NCBI RefSeq assembly: GCF_001194135.2
Contig: NC_069002.1
Coordinates: 3,023,560 to 3,057,182, forward strand
Length of the DNA: 33,623 bases
From: Octopus bimaculoides
Taxonomy: Eukaryota
Direction: 5' to 3'
Each line of letters starts with the position of its first letter. Position 1 is the first letter of the stretch. Shown here piece by piece: positions 32,900 through 33,623 of the stretch. A program made the translations under genes and the position numbers. The notes under the pieces are model-generated. The model did no database searches and was not told the DNA's origin. It saw only the letters and a program-made list of their open reading frames with translations.

Positions 32900-33623
32900 G
32901 AATAGTATGCACAAATAGAAACGAAGGTGCGTTATGTCCTTGAGACGAAGCAGTTCATCTATTTATGTTTTAGAGAAGGTTGGCATGTCAGGATTCGAGA
33001 CATATCTGACTGCTATTTCTAGCTAATTGGAACGTTATGAGGCGGTTCCATTGTTGACAGGCAATATATATATTGAATAACTAGACGTGAGTTTAATGGA
33101 CGTTTGCACTCGAGTCATCTCTTCATAAGCATTAGAATGTGTATGTATTTCTCTATTTCTCTATTTCTCTTATATTGAACGTGTCGCTCTGAATCGAAAA
33201 CGGGTGTGTTAATCGACGATGTACTAGAAAGTATATATATATAACATGACACAGGCATATACATATATGCATATAAAAATACACACACATGAATAGGTAT
33301 GACACTGCCGTAAGCATACAAACAGAAATATATCGACACAAATACACAAAGAAACACAGACACAAGCTAAAATCCATAATTAAGCTCTCACAAAAATACA
33401 TACACACGACCATAAACACATAGAAAAATATATACAGAAGTAGATACGCACACACACCACACACACAGAGACACACACGCAAATACAGAAACACATAAAC
33501 ACACAAAGCATTACGTGCATGATTAGACAAAATTGTAATTACGAATTACTATATATTTCTATATCAATTCGTATATGTGTATGTACAAATATGTGATTGC
33601 ATATATATATATATATATATATA

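Overview
This is AT-rich eukaryotic DNA dominated by microsatellites and SINEs, with eight N gaps (about 2.2 kb in total) that mostly abut (TA)n runs. The SINE families resemble those I recall from octopus genomes; that taxon is inferred from memory, not from a search. I found no complete gene, RNA gene or CRISPR array, and almost every ORF in the supplied track comes from simple repeats or gaps. Well supported features: about a dozen copies or fragments of a tRNA-derived SINE with a Meta-like central domain, and about nine of a tRNA/CORE-like composite SINE. There is also a mariner transposase 3' fragment with its terminal repeat and TA site (9985-10236), and a 566-bp non-autonomous retroposon-like element nested in a SINE with an exact 9-bp target-site duplication (25689-26254). 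A foldback/MITE-like element (9079-9243) and a five-unit ~130-bp higher-order tandem repeat (1776-2386) are also clear. More speculative: Penelope-type minimal hammerhead motifs, a cluster of plus-strand exon-like segments (10753-12223) that could encode a dibasic-cleaved Cys-containing peptide, and a promoter-like motif cluster near 28.1 kb. Repeat boundaries are approximate and family names need a library search.
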